64,000 bases of DNA from Felis catus (lineage: Eukaryota), in assembly GCF_018350175.1 (NCBI RefSeq), contig NC_058368.1:211794001-211858000 (forward strand), read 5' to 3'. Below, one piece after another: positions 50,961-63,557 of the stretch (position 1 is the first letter of the stretch; each line of letters opens with the position of its first letter). The notes beneath the pieces were generated by a model that was not told the origin of the DNA, made no database searches, and was given only the letters and a program-made list of their open reading frames with translations. Made by a program: the position numbers and the translations under genes.

Positions 50961-53900
50961 CTCCTTGGCATGTCTTTTTGTTATCTTAAAACATACGTGC
51001 TTGGAATGATCATTTCTAACATCCACACTCCACCACAAGGAGTGAATTTTTCTGGAAATACTGAAAATGAAACGAGACATTATTCTAGCAGGCTGGTTGC
51101 TCCAGCCCTTCATCTTCTGACCACTTTCTCCTGGGCTTTCTCTTTCTAAGTCTAAACTCTGTAACCACTCTGATTTTTTACAGCCCCCTCTCTTTGTATC
51201 CACAGCCTTGTATGGTGTCCTTAACCTCCTCTCTCTGTTCAGAGTTCACGAGGGATCCTTGGCTGACAGGTGGTTTGTGCTTCAGGCCAGCTTAACATGT
51301 TAAACCAGCTTTGGTGAATCTACATAGTCCATGCCAAAATGCCACAGCATTCTCTTTCTTTCACAATATTTATTTACAAAAGTACTACTTTTATTAATCA
51401 CATATACATTACTTCTCTCTCAGGCCCAGCTGGACAAGCTGCCACATCTATACTGATTTTATTACCTTATTCATTTTATCTTATATTTGAGATCTTTGAG
51501 ACCATGCTTTAATCTTAACATAATACGCAAGGTTTTTTTATAAGGTAAAAATTCTACTGTACTGTGTCTCTGCTGCTTTCTGGGGCAAAAAAAAAAAAAA
51601 ATCTGTAAATACAGAGAATTTCATGACGTTTTGAGATAACAAGACACTTATAAGTATATTCAGATAAGCAGTAGAGAATTTTTAAGTTGTTTTAAAATTT
51701 CAAAATCTTATTAAAAGAAAAGCAGACAATAACGAGTGTTGTCAAGGTTGTGAGGAAACTGCAGCCCCCTATGCATTACTAGTGGGAATGTAATAGGGCA
51801 GGTCCTCAAAAAATTAAATAGAATTACTATAAATTTTATGCTACCACAATTTTTAAAAGATGAAAAGTAGTTCAAAATAATACGTGTTTTAGAAAAGAAT
51901 GTAATACAGAATTTGTAAAGAAGTAAAAATTCTCTCTTGTTCCTTCACTTGAGGGAGGTTTGGGATGTGGCTTTCAAGAACTTTTTCTGTGCACATACCA
52001 ACACAGTTGTTTTATTTATTTATAAATTGTATTTATATATAATATAAAATTATCCAAACTTACAATTGATAGCTGTCTTTTTGTATTCAACAGTATACTA
52101 AAGATGTCCTTTCTTGTCAATACAAAAATTCTGCACCCTCATGATACACCTAGCAGCCATATGAAACTGTATGGTACGCCTGTACTAAAATTTAAATGTT
52201 TCCTTATTCAAGTTCATTTACGTTTTTCCCACAGCTTTGCATTGTAACAAATATTTATTTACTAATAAACATTAATCTTTGTACATGTATCATTGCCTAC
52301 TTACAGCATGAATTTTTAACTGTTTAATATATGCCTAATATTGTGTTATAGAGCAGTAAAGTTTATGGCATATACTTAAAATAATAAGTATTTTGTGTAA
52401 TTGTGTTTATGTATGTGTATGTGTTACATGTATATATAAGATCACTTTTTGGAAATCAAAACATACTTTCCCAGGTTTTAAATAGTCTGAGTCTACAGGC
52501 CAGTCCTTAAAAGTCTGTTTAAATTTAATAATTGATTATGCTATAAAAACTAGCTGCAATCTACAGTTACATTCATGTAGGGGAGTGGTTTTAGAGTTCC
52601 ATACAGGAATGTCAAGAGCACAAGAAACAGCCTATCCTAAACCATTGGTAGTTAGTCCTGTGGCCTTGATCAGAGTCGTGGGCAGGATAGGAAACTATGG
52701 GCTGAGAAAGGATAATAAGACACTGGAAAAGCTGGGGTGTCAGAATTAGGGGTAGGAGCTGGAGTCTTTTGATTTCTAGTATTTTTTCCAGTATACAAAC
52801 TTTAACCTGTGAGACCATTAATCTCAAATATAATGTCTGTTACAGGGAGAGCATATTGGATCCAATTTTATTTAGTATTATGATTCTGATCACATTCTGA
52901 TTAAAAAAAACCTGAAAAGCATGCAAAGATATTTAAAATAGTAGCTATGATCTAAATCACTGTTTTTTGGCTAATTGGCCACTTTATTTGTTTTTCAATC
53001 ACAGAGTTTGGGGTAGTCAGGAAAAAGAAAAGTAAAAGATATCCTTAGGAACATTTGTGTGTGTGTGTAGATTATAGTGATAAACCTGAAGTAATGGCTC
53101 AGTGTTTTTCCTCGTATATGAATGGGTCAGAGGAAAATTTACTTGTTTATCCCACAGGTGTCGTTTCACAACTATCCAGAACTATGTGAGTTCTCCTTAT
53201 TTCTTTATATATCCCAAAGCCCTAAGAAGGGTCTGCAGTATTCATATCTACTTTCCTCTATAGGGATTTTCTTCTTCAAAGCAGCTTACATGCAATTAAT
53301 TAGTCATCGTTCTTCTACATGATAGGGAAGGAAAGGATGACAAAAGTGAGAATTATTAGATTAACTTGACTGAACTTCTGCAAAATCACATGCATACGAA
53401 GGTCCTTTCATGATTATTCCACTCTAAGATCCACATTTAAAAACCCTCTTCCTTGTGGGAATAGAAAATGACATTTACACCAAACTCTAGTAAAGTAGCT
53501 TTTGGGGTATAATTTAATCAGCACTGGAGTTCAGGTGTGTCTGCAGGGGTAGGTGCTTGTAGTTAATAAAGGAAGCAGTGAGCAGGTCCTGGGCCGAGAA
53601 GCCATCCTTTCTGTTAAATCCCCAGCTGAATGCTTTCATTTTCTCTCCACTATGTGTTGATGAGCTTTTCATGATCCCCTTCATGCTTGACACAAAAGTC
53701 TGTGTGCCCCGTTCATGATTTGACTGGTTGACCACTTTCTGTCCTGTTTGCTGTAGGAACAATTTTTTGCATGGGTCTTTGGTTACCTTACAAATCCTTT
53801 GTTCCTAGTTCACAGCAGTTTTGTAAGAGGGTAATGAGTCAAATATCACTGCTTGACTAGAGCTCTTTTATTTGTCCAAAATAAAGGGGGACAAATATTA

Positions 53901-54387
53901 CATGTTAAATTGCAATCTTGAATTTAATCATTTATCTTCAGGCTTCTTCCTTAAAAACTGGGATAGTCATGTGTAAAGTTGTTTAAATTTTATATTTTGT
54001 AGGGTTTGGGAACACTATATAAAATGTGGGGTTATTTGAAATCAGTATGACAGATAATAACATCTTGAGGAAATTTCTTTTTGAAAACCTACTCAGGGAA
54101 AAATCAATTTCTGGAAACTAGACCTTTACAAATAGACTACTTTTGGTGAAATGTAAATAATAAAATCTTGGCAGTAGCAAGTCTGTTTTCAGTCTTGCTA
54201 CCCTATTACCTTTGCCCTTTCCGGCTACTGGCTCCAAGTTGAGTTTGAATTTTGTCTCTTGACCCATCTGAGAAACCCTTAAAGACACCCTATTTGGGAC
54301 AGTATGGTGAGGTCAAAACTCATTTTATTGACTATAACCACTCCACCCAAAGCATAATAATTTAAGAAATTGTGCTTTTATTCTCAG

Positions 54388-54797
54388 GACTTGGACTAAA
54401 GTCTGATGAGCTTCCTAATCAAATGAGCATGACTGATTGGCCAGAAATGAAGAGGAGATTCGCAGAGGTATTTGCAAAGAAGACCAAAGAAGAGTGGTGT
54501 CAGATCTTCGATGGCACAGATGCGTGTGTGACTCCAGTTCTGACGTTTGAAGAGGTCACCCAGCATGATCATAACAAAGAACGAGGCTCATTTATCACTG
54601 ATGAGGAGCAGAGTGTGAGTCCCCGCCCTGCACCTCTGCTGTCAGACACCCCCGCTGTCCCTTCTTCCAAGAGGGATCCTTTTGTAGGAGAACATACTGA
54701 AGAGATACTTCAAGAGTTTGGGTTCAGTCAGGTAGAGATCAATCAGCTTACCTCAGATAAAATCATTGAAATTAATAAGCCACGAGCTAATCTCTAA
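54388..54797 (+). CDS. AMACR: AMACR coding exon 5 (to stop; PTS1-like C-terminus -RANL)
   Basis: ttctcag|[23 protein letters not shown]...[12 protein letters not shown]; total CDS 247+144+161+187+410=1149 nt = 382 aa + stop. Confidence 0.97.
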
Positions 54798-55111
54798 ATT
54801 CCAGGCCTCACAGCTCAAGTGAATTGAATATTATGTGTTCAGTGTGGGATAATACATAAAATTGTGTGCACAGAAACACGAAGGAACAGCATCCTGGTAG
54901 ACCAGCTGTTCTAAGCAAGAAACAAGACTGTGAGTACACAGTAATGATTGAATTCTGAAAATGGTTAACATGATTATTGATTTAGGAATGTTTTTTGTTT
55001 ACTAATATTAAATTGTGGCAGTTTTTCTGCTTTTCAATTTACTTGATAGATTATATTTTTAATATTAAGATATGAATCATATACTTTCAATGGATGAATA
55101 TAATCGTTTTT

Positions 55112-55121
55112 ATTAAATAAA
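55112..55121 (+). terminator. AMACR: Candidate AMACR poly(A) signal
   Basis: Overlapping ATTAAA/AATAAA about 320 nt after the stop, followed by T-rich sequence. Confidence 0.55.
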
Positions 55122-55479
55122 GCCTTTCCCCCCTAAAGTTTACTTCTGCTTTTAAGTTTCTGAAAAGTTTTCAAGAAAGTCCTTGAAATAGCACTTAAAA
55201 AGCAATTTGTGATTCATTTAAATAATGTTGGCTCTACTATTTACCAAAATGAAGTCCTTAGAAAAGTCTGATCCTTTTAATGTGGTAAGAAAATCTTTCA
55301 GCCAGCATCTTTGAATTGTAATTTTAGAAAACGTTCTTGATGTTTCCTTCAGATAACCCCCACTGTCCATCTAGACCACAGGACTAGAGCCCAGCTCTGT
55401 GTGGCTGCCTCTTAGCATCACCTACCATGTCTCTTAGTAAATTGCCACCATCAGACAATCCTCTGGACTCTTCCTCCTC

Positions 55480-55850
55480 TTACAGGTTTCTGGCCTCAAT
55501 TCCCATCACATCTGCCTCTGCCCCCAGTGTGCCCATGGCTTACCCCTCACTTCATTCAGGCCACTGCCCAAAGGTCACCTTAGGGAGTTATCTTTCCTGA
55601 CCCCTCCCTAAAATGGCAGCCACTTTATCACTTTCTTTCCCCTCTCCTGTTTCACTTTTCTTCACCTCGTGTATTATTACTGACATTATACTGATTAACC
55701 CCAGCCCTCTTAACCAACTATCTCTTAACCAGTGCACACTAGAATGGAAGCTTTAGGAAGGGCTTTATAGGTTTTGTTCACTGTTAAATCCTCACTTCCT
55801 AGATCAGTGCCTGGCTCATAGTGGAAACTTTGTAAATATTTATTAAAGAA
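55480..55850. mobile_element. L2 3' fragment
   Basis: ctagaatggaagct...cagtgcctggctcatagt...aaatatttattaaagaa. Confidence 0.55.
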
Positions 55851-56003
55851 GTGAATCTCAATAGTGAAGTGCTGTCAGTGTTCATCTTCATGGCTCCATA
55901 CCGATCCGCTCTGCCCAACATCCATTGCTGCCTTCATTCAGACCCCTATTACCTCTTTCCTGGACCACTGCTCTGCTACCTGACTTACACCTCCAGTACC
56001 GTT

Positions 56004-56124
56004 GCCGCCGCCGTCGTCGTCGTCGTCTTCTTCTTCTTCTTCTTCTTCTTCTTCTTCTTCTTTCTTCTTTCTTCTTCTTCTTTCTTCTTCTTTCTTCTTC
56101 TTTCTTCTTCTTTCTTCTTCTTCT
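56004..56124. repeat. Compound (GCC)n(GTC)n(TTC)n trinucleotide repeat
   Basis: Directly visible. Confidence 0.95.
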
Positions 56125-56748
56125 CTTTCCTGTTACTCTACTGGTAATCTTTACCACATCAAACTGGTCTTTTCATTCTGTAAGATTCTTCAATGGCTCT
56201 CTTTTCTTTCCCTTATGTAACAAATATAAATCCATTTATGTAGCATATCAACCCTTTTTATAAGACTTCTACCTAGCTGTTCAGTCCCATCTCTACTCCG
56301 CAGCATCTCTACTTTCTATTGGACTGACTCAAGTTTCTAATTATGTGATGGTCTCTCTTGCTTCCATTCCTTTCCATATTCTGTGACATTTTCCAGGGCT
56401 AACAGTACTCCTAGCCCCTTTTGCTCCAGCTTGTTGATTTAGCAAATTTAGACTTGGCTCAAACAGCCTTCTTTGTGAAACTTCCCGTGTTTCTCAGCCC
56501 TAGGGCAGTTTTATACAATGATTATAAAATTTGAGTCAAGTATCAGTTGGGTTCAAATATCACTCAATCACTGTGGTATCTAAGACAATGCCTGTGATGT
56601 GCCTGGAACATCCTAGCTGCTCAGTAATTATCAGTTTTGTTCTTAGGGGTCCTTCCTAGGTTTCCATTGCACTTTGTACATATCTCCAAGGATAGTCATT
56701 GCTTTTAGTGTAGCTTACATAACTCTTCACTAGGTCATAAGCTCCCAG

Positions 56749-56932
56749 AGTAGTTGCTCTAGCATACACACAAGAGAATAATCTAGAGATACATTAAAAT
56801 ACAGATTCCTAGGCCCGACCCTAGAGATTCTAATACAGAGTGTCTAAGGCAAGACTCATGAATTTGCATTTTTGCCAAGCTTCCAGGTGATTATATTGCT
56901 CCTGGTTCAAAGACCACACTTTGAGTGCCACT
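56749..56932. mobile_element. MER5A-type MITE
   Basis: cagattcctaggccc...aatttgcatttt...agaccacactttgagtgccactg. Confidence 0.65.
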
Positions 56933-57252
56933 GTCCTAATGGATATGAACAAAGTCTTTTCCCCTTTGCTACTGTCATAATAGGTGCTCAAAAAATATCT
57001 CTTGAAGGGTTAATGAGGGAAAGAGTAAAAGCCAGTTGGCAAAAATCTGTAAACAAGCAGATGGGCTAGCTCAAAATATTGATTTCTGTGATTAATCGAT
57101 TTTATACCAAATGTTTGAATGAAAAAATTGGTTTCTGTAGTTTATACTTTTTAAAAAATACAGGTATATAAATAAGGCTAATAGATTTTGTTAATGACCC
57201 ATACTTTTCTTCTGAAGAGTCTAAGACCCTGTATAGAAAATGTACACTTCTT

Positions 57253-57472
57253 GGGGCGCCTGGGTGGCGCAGTCGGTTAAGCGTCCGACTTCAGCCAGGT
57301 CACGATCTCGTGGTCCGTGAGTTCGAGCCCCGCGTCAGGCTCTGGGCTGATGGCTCAGAGCCTGGAGCCTGTTTCCGATTCTGTGTCTCCCTCTCTCTCT
57401 GCCCCTCCCCCGTTCATGTTCTGTCTCTCTCTGTCCCAAAAATAAATAAATGTTGAAAAAAAAAAAAAAAAA
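57253..57472 (+). mobile_element. Young CanSINE
   Basis: CpG-rich; TSD agaaaatgtacacttc. Confidence 0.92.
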
Positions 57473-57889
57473 GAAAATGTACACTTCCTCTTTGGTTCTC
57501 TTTTGACAAACTATAGACTTAGAAATGGGCAAGAGTGTAGGTGAGAAGAAAATAGGAGGCTCTAAGGAGGATGGAGGAGTAGCAAGCAATTGAAGATGGC
57601 AAATTCTAGTGAAAGACAGATTATATTCTTGAATACATAGGAATTTTATTCTTGCATGTGTAGTTCAATATACACTGATTTACACTTTTGATCCTACAAC
57701 GTAGGAAGTGATGGGATGCTACACACTGTATGGCGATGAATCAAATGACATGGAATAAGGTGACTGGTTGCATCCAGGCCTCTGTGCACATTTTAGGCTT
57801 CATCAAAGGAGACACAAGTGTCACAGGGGTAGTTGAAGCAGGGGTACAATGAGTTCTCATCTCATTGTACATATGAGAACACAGGGCTC

Positions 57890-58450
57890 AGATGGTCTTA
57901 AAACCTTCTTAGTTCGTATCTCCCTTTGTGTCTGAGTAACTTTTTCATGGTGCCTCTTGGCCAAAAGAAATATCTTACCATTCCATTTATAAAGAATTAG
58001 GTCCCAATAGCTTAAGTATTTATGCCCTAATAACTAACTAACTGAGAAAACACACATACATTGAGAGAAAGCACTTTTATTTTTATTTCATTTTTAACAC
58101 TCTTACTTATAGGTCATATATGTGTTGGACACTATGCAGCTTCTCATGCCTTGAAATAATATTGGGCACCACTACCCTCATTGTCTGTTCCACATTTATT
58201 TTCATACAGTACTTGCTTTTTATCGTGATTGTGGGAAATCCAGCCTCACAGAAATACGTAATCATTGAAAGGATTGTAGTGCAATCTTAGGTTGAAAGGG
58301 TGAACTAACTCACTGATAGTTCATGGGGTATCTGACAGATGTTGAGTTTCACTCTGTTTACTATCTTCAAAACTTTAAATACCCTGAGGCACCCCTTTGA
58401 GGTCACTGTGGTGCCCGGGGCATCTTGGCACACAGTTTGGGAACCACCAG
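57890..58450. mobile_element. Degenerate hAT-Charlie DNA transposon fragment
   Basis: Ends ggcacacagtttgggaaccaccag, a Charlie-like terminus. Confidence 0.4.
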
Positions 58451-59449
58451 TTTTAAGTGATTTGCCCAGGAAGATACTGGTAGGAAGAGGCAGAACCAGA
58501 ATTTAAATTTTAATATTCTGACTCCGAGTCTTGCTCTTATACCATTTTTAAGGCCCTTCCTATAAGATTGTGTTCCTCTTGCCACAGGAACTTTTCATTT
58601 GAACTCAGGATCCAGCAAGGAAAATATGACCCACTCAGAGTCTTTAAATTAGAGGAAATTTATTCTTACACCATAAACAAAAATAAACTCAAAATGGATT
58701 AAAGACCTACCTGTGAAACCATAAGATTCCTAGAAGAAAATAGGTAGTAATTTCTTTGACATCAGCTGTAGAAATATTTTACAAGATATGTATCCTCTGG
58801 CAAGGAAAACAAAAACAAAATTAAACTATTGATTCTACATCAAAATAAATAGCTTTTGCCCAGCAAAGGAAACCATCGTCAGAACAAAAGGGCAACCAAT
58901 TGAATGGGAGAAGATATCTGCAGATGATATATCCAATAAAGGGTTAATATCCAAAATATGTAAACAATTTATACAACTCAACACCAAAAAAAGAAATTAT
59001 CCAATTAAAAATGAGCAGAGGACCTGAATAGACATTTTTCCAAAGAAGATATACAGATGGCAAACAGACACATGAAAAGATCCTCAACATCACTCATCAC
59101 CAAGGAAATACAAATTAAAACCACATTGAGACAACCACTTTACTGCTGTCAGAATGGCTAAAGTCAAAAACACAACAGATGACAAGTGTTGGAGAAGATG
59201 TAGAGAAAAAGGAACTCTCGTGCACCGTTGGTGGGAATGCAAACTGGTGCAGCCACTGAGGAAAACAGGATGGAGTTTCCTCAAAAGAAAAATAGAATTA
59301 CCTTACGATCCAGTAATTCCACTACTTGGTATTTACACAAAGAAAACAAAAACATTACTTTGAAAAGACATATGCATCCCTATGTTTATTGCAGCATTAT
59401 TTATAATAGCCAAGATATGGAAGCAACTCAGCCAAGATGGATGAAGAAG

Positions 59450-59451
<2 letters not shown>

Positions 59452-59482
<31 letters not shown>
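59452..59482. repeat. (TG)n microsatellite
   Basis: Directly visible. Confidence 0.95.
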
Positions 59483-59483
<1 letters not shown>

Positions 59484-59532
59484 ATGTATATGTATATAAT
59501 GGGATATTACCCATGTAAAACGTGAACTTTTA

Positions 59533-59755
59533 GAGCACCTGGGTGGCTCAGTCTGTTAAGCGTCCAACTTCGGCTCAGGTCTCGATCTCAACATTCATGA
59601 GTTCAAGCCCCGTGTTCGTAAGTTCAAGCCCCGTGTTGGGCTCTGTGCTGACAGCTCAGAACCTGAGCCTGATTCAGATTCTGTGTCTCTCTCTCTCTCT
59701 GCCCCTCCCCTGCATGCATATACTCTCTCTCTTTCAAAAATAAACAAACAAAAAA
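59533..59755 (+). mobile_element. CanSINE inside L1
   Basis: Body with an internal duplication of agttcaagccccgtgtt. Confidence 0.85.
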
Positions 59756-60821
59756 AGATGAACTCTTGCCATTTGCGACAACATGGATGGACTTACAGGG
59801 TATAGTCCTAAGTGAAAGAGAAAGACAAATACCATGATTTCGCTCCTATGTGGAATTTAAAAAACAAAGCAGAGAAAAATAAACAACAACAAACCCAGAC
59901 TCTTAAATACAGAGAACAAACTGGTGGTTGCCAGAGGGGAGGTGGGTGGGGGGATGGGTGAAATATCAATTAATCAATCAGGAAATTTAATATAGGGAGT
60001 TACACTGGTGACATAAGTGCTGAGAAGCCCAGGGGACAGTGAAGCAACCCAGATATAAACAGCAATGGGAAGCCAGGGCCACTCCTATGGCTGCAGGAAC
60101 AATGGGGAAGGCAGTGTTACCGGGATCCTGAAGCTAAGTTTGCTTGGTGGAAGCTAGACCCATCGTGGAGATGCAGCCACTACCACAGATGGCTCAGGAA
60201 GGAGAAATGGAGGGAGGGAAATACCAGGATCTTCTCTCCTGGCCCCAGTCTTCCCACCAATGCCTTTCATTGGCCAAATCTACGTAGAAGCAAGGGAACC
60301 TGGGAAGTGTAGTGTCTTATGATACAGAGCCTGTGAGGAGGAACAGGGAATGGACCTGAGCAAACAGGCTGTTGACTGGTTCTACAGAATTTCGTGTATG
60401 CACTTTATTCACTCAGTAATTCCTTTAGCAAATATTTGTTGAGGACCTACTAGGTGCCAGGTATCATGGTATACCTGGGGATTACCATAATGACAGAAAT
60501 GGACCTGATCACTGCTCTTAAAGGGATCAAAGACTAACAGAAGAAATAGAATAAACACAGAATTATCTAGTTGGAAAATGTATTAAATGCAATGAAGGGA
60601 AACATCACAGTGCTGAGACAGGCTAGAGATTGGAGAAAGAGTGCAGCCTCTCACGGCTGTAAGTCTAGTTAGCTGATTCTTGAGGTGTGTGTGCAGAAAC
60701 TTGTGTTCAGGAAAATACAGAATATTTATATCTAGACAAAGTTTAGAAGAAGATATTGATGTATTTATTCATGTTTTGACTTACGACCTGCATAATACAG
60801 CTTCATTGTCTCAAAGCTGTG

Positions 60822-60828
60822 CATGTGA
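60822..60828 (+). promoter_or_regulatory. SLC45A2: Candidate MITF-type E-box upstream of SLC45A2
   Basis: CATGTGA about 335 bp upstream of the ATG, second CATGTG at 60858; motif match only. Confidence 0.4.
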
Positions 60829-61161
60829 TTGTGTGTAAGAGTGTGTGTGTATAGATACATGTGTGTGACAGAAACGGAGAGAACAGAAAGAACAGAGAAG
60901 GAAAGATTGCTTTAGACAAACATTCTAAGGAGCCAGAGGGCTCACAGCAGCTAATCTGCCTCATGCTTTCCTGACCCCACCCCCTTCCTTCTCATCATAA
61001 CTTGTGATCTTAGAAGCATGAAAGAATTTGAGCCCCTCCCCCAGCTTGACCGTCTCAGTTGGCAGTTCAGTCAGGCTCCATGTCAAATCCGGCTTGGGGC
61101 AGAAACCTGAGGGCCACACAGAAGGTGGTGGGCTTGCAGGCAGTTTCCTCACCCCGTGGCC

Positions 61162-61546
61162 ATGGGCGGCAACATCGGGCAGCTTGGCAGTCGCACCTAC
61201 GAGTCCCTAGCTGACGATGAGCCCTTGGACCCTGAGGAGCCCCCCAAAAGACCCACGGGCAATCTCATCATGCACAGCATGGCCATGCTTGGCCGGGAGT
61301 TTTGCTACGCAGTGGAGGCGGCCTACGTGACCCCAGTCCTGCTCAGCGTGGGGCTGCCCAAGAGTCTGTACAGCATGGTGTGGCTCCTCAGCCCCATCCT
61401 GGGATTTCTGCTGCAACCCGTGGTGGGATCAGCCAGCGACCACTGCCGGGCCAGGTGGGGCCGGCGGAGACCATACATCCTCACCCTGGTCATCATGATG
61501 CTCTTGGGCATGACTCTGTACCTCAACGGGGACGCTGTGGTAGCAG
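61162..61546 (+). CDS. SLC45A2: Membrane-associated transporter protein (MATP), coding exon 1; gene continues beyond the window
   Basis: gccATGG Kozak; ...[29 protein letters not shown]...[16 protein letters not shown] (sucrose-transporter RWGRRRP signature); CAG|gtcagt; 385 nt. Confidence 0.97.
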
Positions 61547-62249
61547 GTCAGTGCACTGCACAGGCGGGCAGGCAGGGGAAAGGGGCCCATTATGCAACTC
61601 AATAGGAGTAGAATTCGGATTTCTTTATGTGACATTTCATTGGAAACTGGTTAAACTGATGATCTCTCCTAGGTTAAAATAAACTTCCACCTTGGAAGGA
61701 CCCAAATTCTGTGGTTGGGGAGTCTTCATTTTTAGGAGCATCAGGATCCATTGCTGTTGTTGTTTCATTGTTGTGAGGATTGCAAAGTAGGAATAATTTT
61801 TTATCTGTTTTATCAAATGAAATATTTTTACATATTTATTAATTGCAGTGTTCTTTGAACTTCGGCTTTAGTTAGTACTTTGTTGAATTAACCGTTTGCC
61901 AAATGACTCCATAAATACTAATAATAAATTACCTGTATGTCTAAATAAGGGCTAATTTTCTTCATAGCTTTAGGGAGAGTCTTTTAGTGGGTGCAGGGCA
62001 TCAGCCTGTCAGCGCAAGGGCACAGTTTTGCACTGCAAATGCTGGACCAAAAAACCCCTGATGGTGAGCACTTTTTCTTGCCATTAATCAGCCACCAATT
62101 AATCAGTAATTGGTGGTAGTACATAAAAAGTACTTCATTTCATTGAATAAAGAATCGTTAAAAATAATACACATTTTTCGGCCATTAACTCTCAGGCTAG
62201 CAGAATGGATTATAATGAGGCAGGATAATCAGTTATCATTTGTGTGTAT

Positions 62250-62558
62250 TTTTTATTTTATATCATTTATTTATTTTTTTAAATATTTTTTAAATTTTTT
62301 TTAAATTTTTTTAACGTTTATTCATTTTTGAGACAGAGAGAGAGAGACAGAGCATGAACGGGGGAGGGTCAGAGGCAGGGAGACACAGAATCTGAAACAG
62401 GCTCCAGGCTCTGAGCTGTCAGCACAGAGCCCGACGCGGGGCTGGAACTCACGGACCACAAGATCATGACCTGAGCCGAAGTCGGCCGCTTAACCGACTG
62501 AGCCACCCAGATGCCCCTTGTATGTATTTTTTAAATAATTTTTTAATGTTTATTTAGT

Positions 62559-62607
<49 letters not shown>

Positions 62608-62735
62608 ATCTGAAGCAGGCTCCAGGCTCTGAGCTGTCACCACAGAGCCCGATGTGGGGCTTGAACCCTTGAGCTATGAGATTATGACCTGAGCTGAAGT
62701 TGGACACTTAACTGACAAAGCCACCCAGGCACCCA
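62250..62735 (-). mobile_element. Two tandem CanSINEs in SLC45A2 intron 1
   Basis: Bodies at about 62250-62517 and 62530-62735; (GA)n. Confidence 0.9.
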
Positions 62736-63129
62736 TCATTTGTATATATTTAAAAGCGGGCATAACTACATAAATTTGATTTATTTCTGCAAAGTATTTA
62801 CAAAAACCCCTGGTAAGTATGGTTTCCCCTAGGGAGGAGTACTAAAGGAACTTGGAGGTAAAAAGTGGAGTATAAGCTTATTTCCCACTTATTTTTATAC
62901 TGTAGTTTGTTTTTTTAATGTGCATAAGTTACACATTGTTCTCAAGTGAAACTGAAAGCAAGGGAACATTTTTGTTTTCTCTAATAGGAGATAGGGTGAA
63001 TGAATTCTGGCACGTCCACAGAGTGAATATTATTCGGCTGTTAAAAACTGTGCAGTTGCTCTCCGTTAAGTGAAATACAAAGATACGAGGAGAGTTGGTT
63101 ATAAATGAACGTGTCCAACATGATCCCAT

Positions 63130-63557
63130 TAGTGCTCCTCAAAATGTGGTCCTCAGACCCAGGGCATCAGCATCCAGGGGCTGTTAGAGATGCAAATGCC
63201 CAGCCCCACCTCAGACCTACTGGAGAAGACAGAGCCTACTGGAAGACAGAGCCTGATACTCTGTTGTGTTTTTAAAAATTTTTTTTTTTTAATGTTTATT
63301 CTTGAGAGAGAGAGAGGGAGAGAGAGAGAGCAGGGGAGGGGCAGAAAGCGAGGGAGACACAGAATCTGAAGCAGGCTCCAGGCTCTGAGCTGCCAGCCCA
63401 GAGCCCGACTCAGGGCTTGAACTCATAGACCGTGAGATCATGACCTGAGCCAAAGTCAGACATTTAACTGACTGAGCCACCCAGGTACGCCTCTGATTAT
63501 CTGTTTTAACGAGTTGTCCAAGTGATGATTAAGGATGCTACAGTTTGAGGAGTACTG
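63130..63557. mobile_element. MER5A-type MITE interrupted by a SINE
   Basis: agtgctcctcaaaatgtggtcctcagacc...gttagagatgcaaat...cagtttgaggagtactg. Confidence 0.65.
63275..63492 (-). mobile_element. CanSINE inside MER5A
   Basis: Body and T-tail. Confidence 0.9.

Larger units (their letters stand above)
58660..59965 (+). mobile_element. Older LINE-1 3' fragment interrupted by (TG)n and a SINE
   Basis: ORF2-like [26 protein letters not shown]...; possible TSD aggaaattta near 58653 and 59980. Confidence 0.85.
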
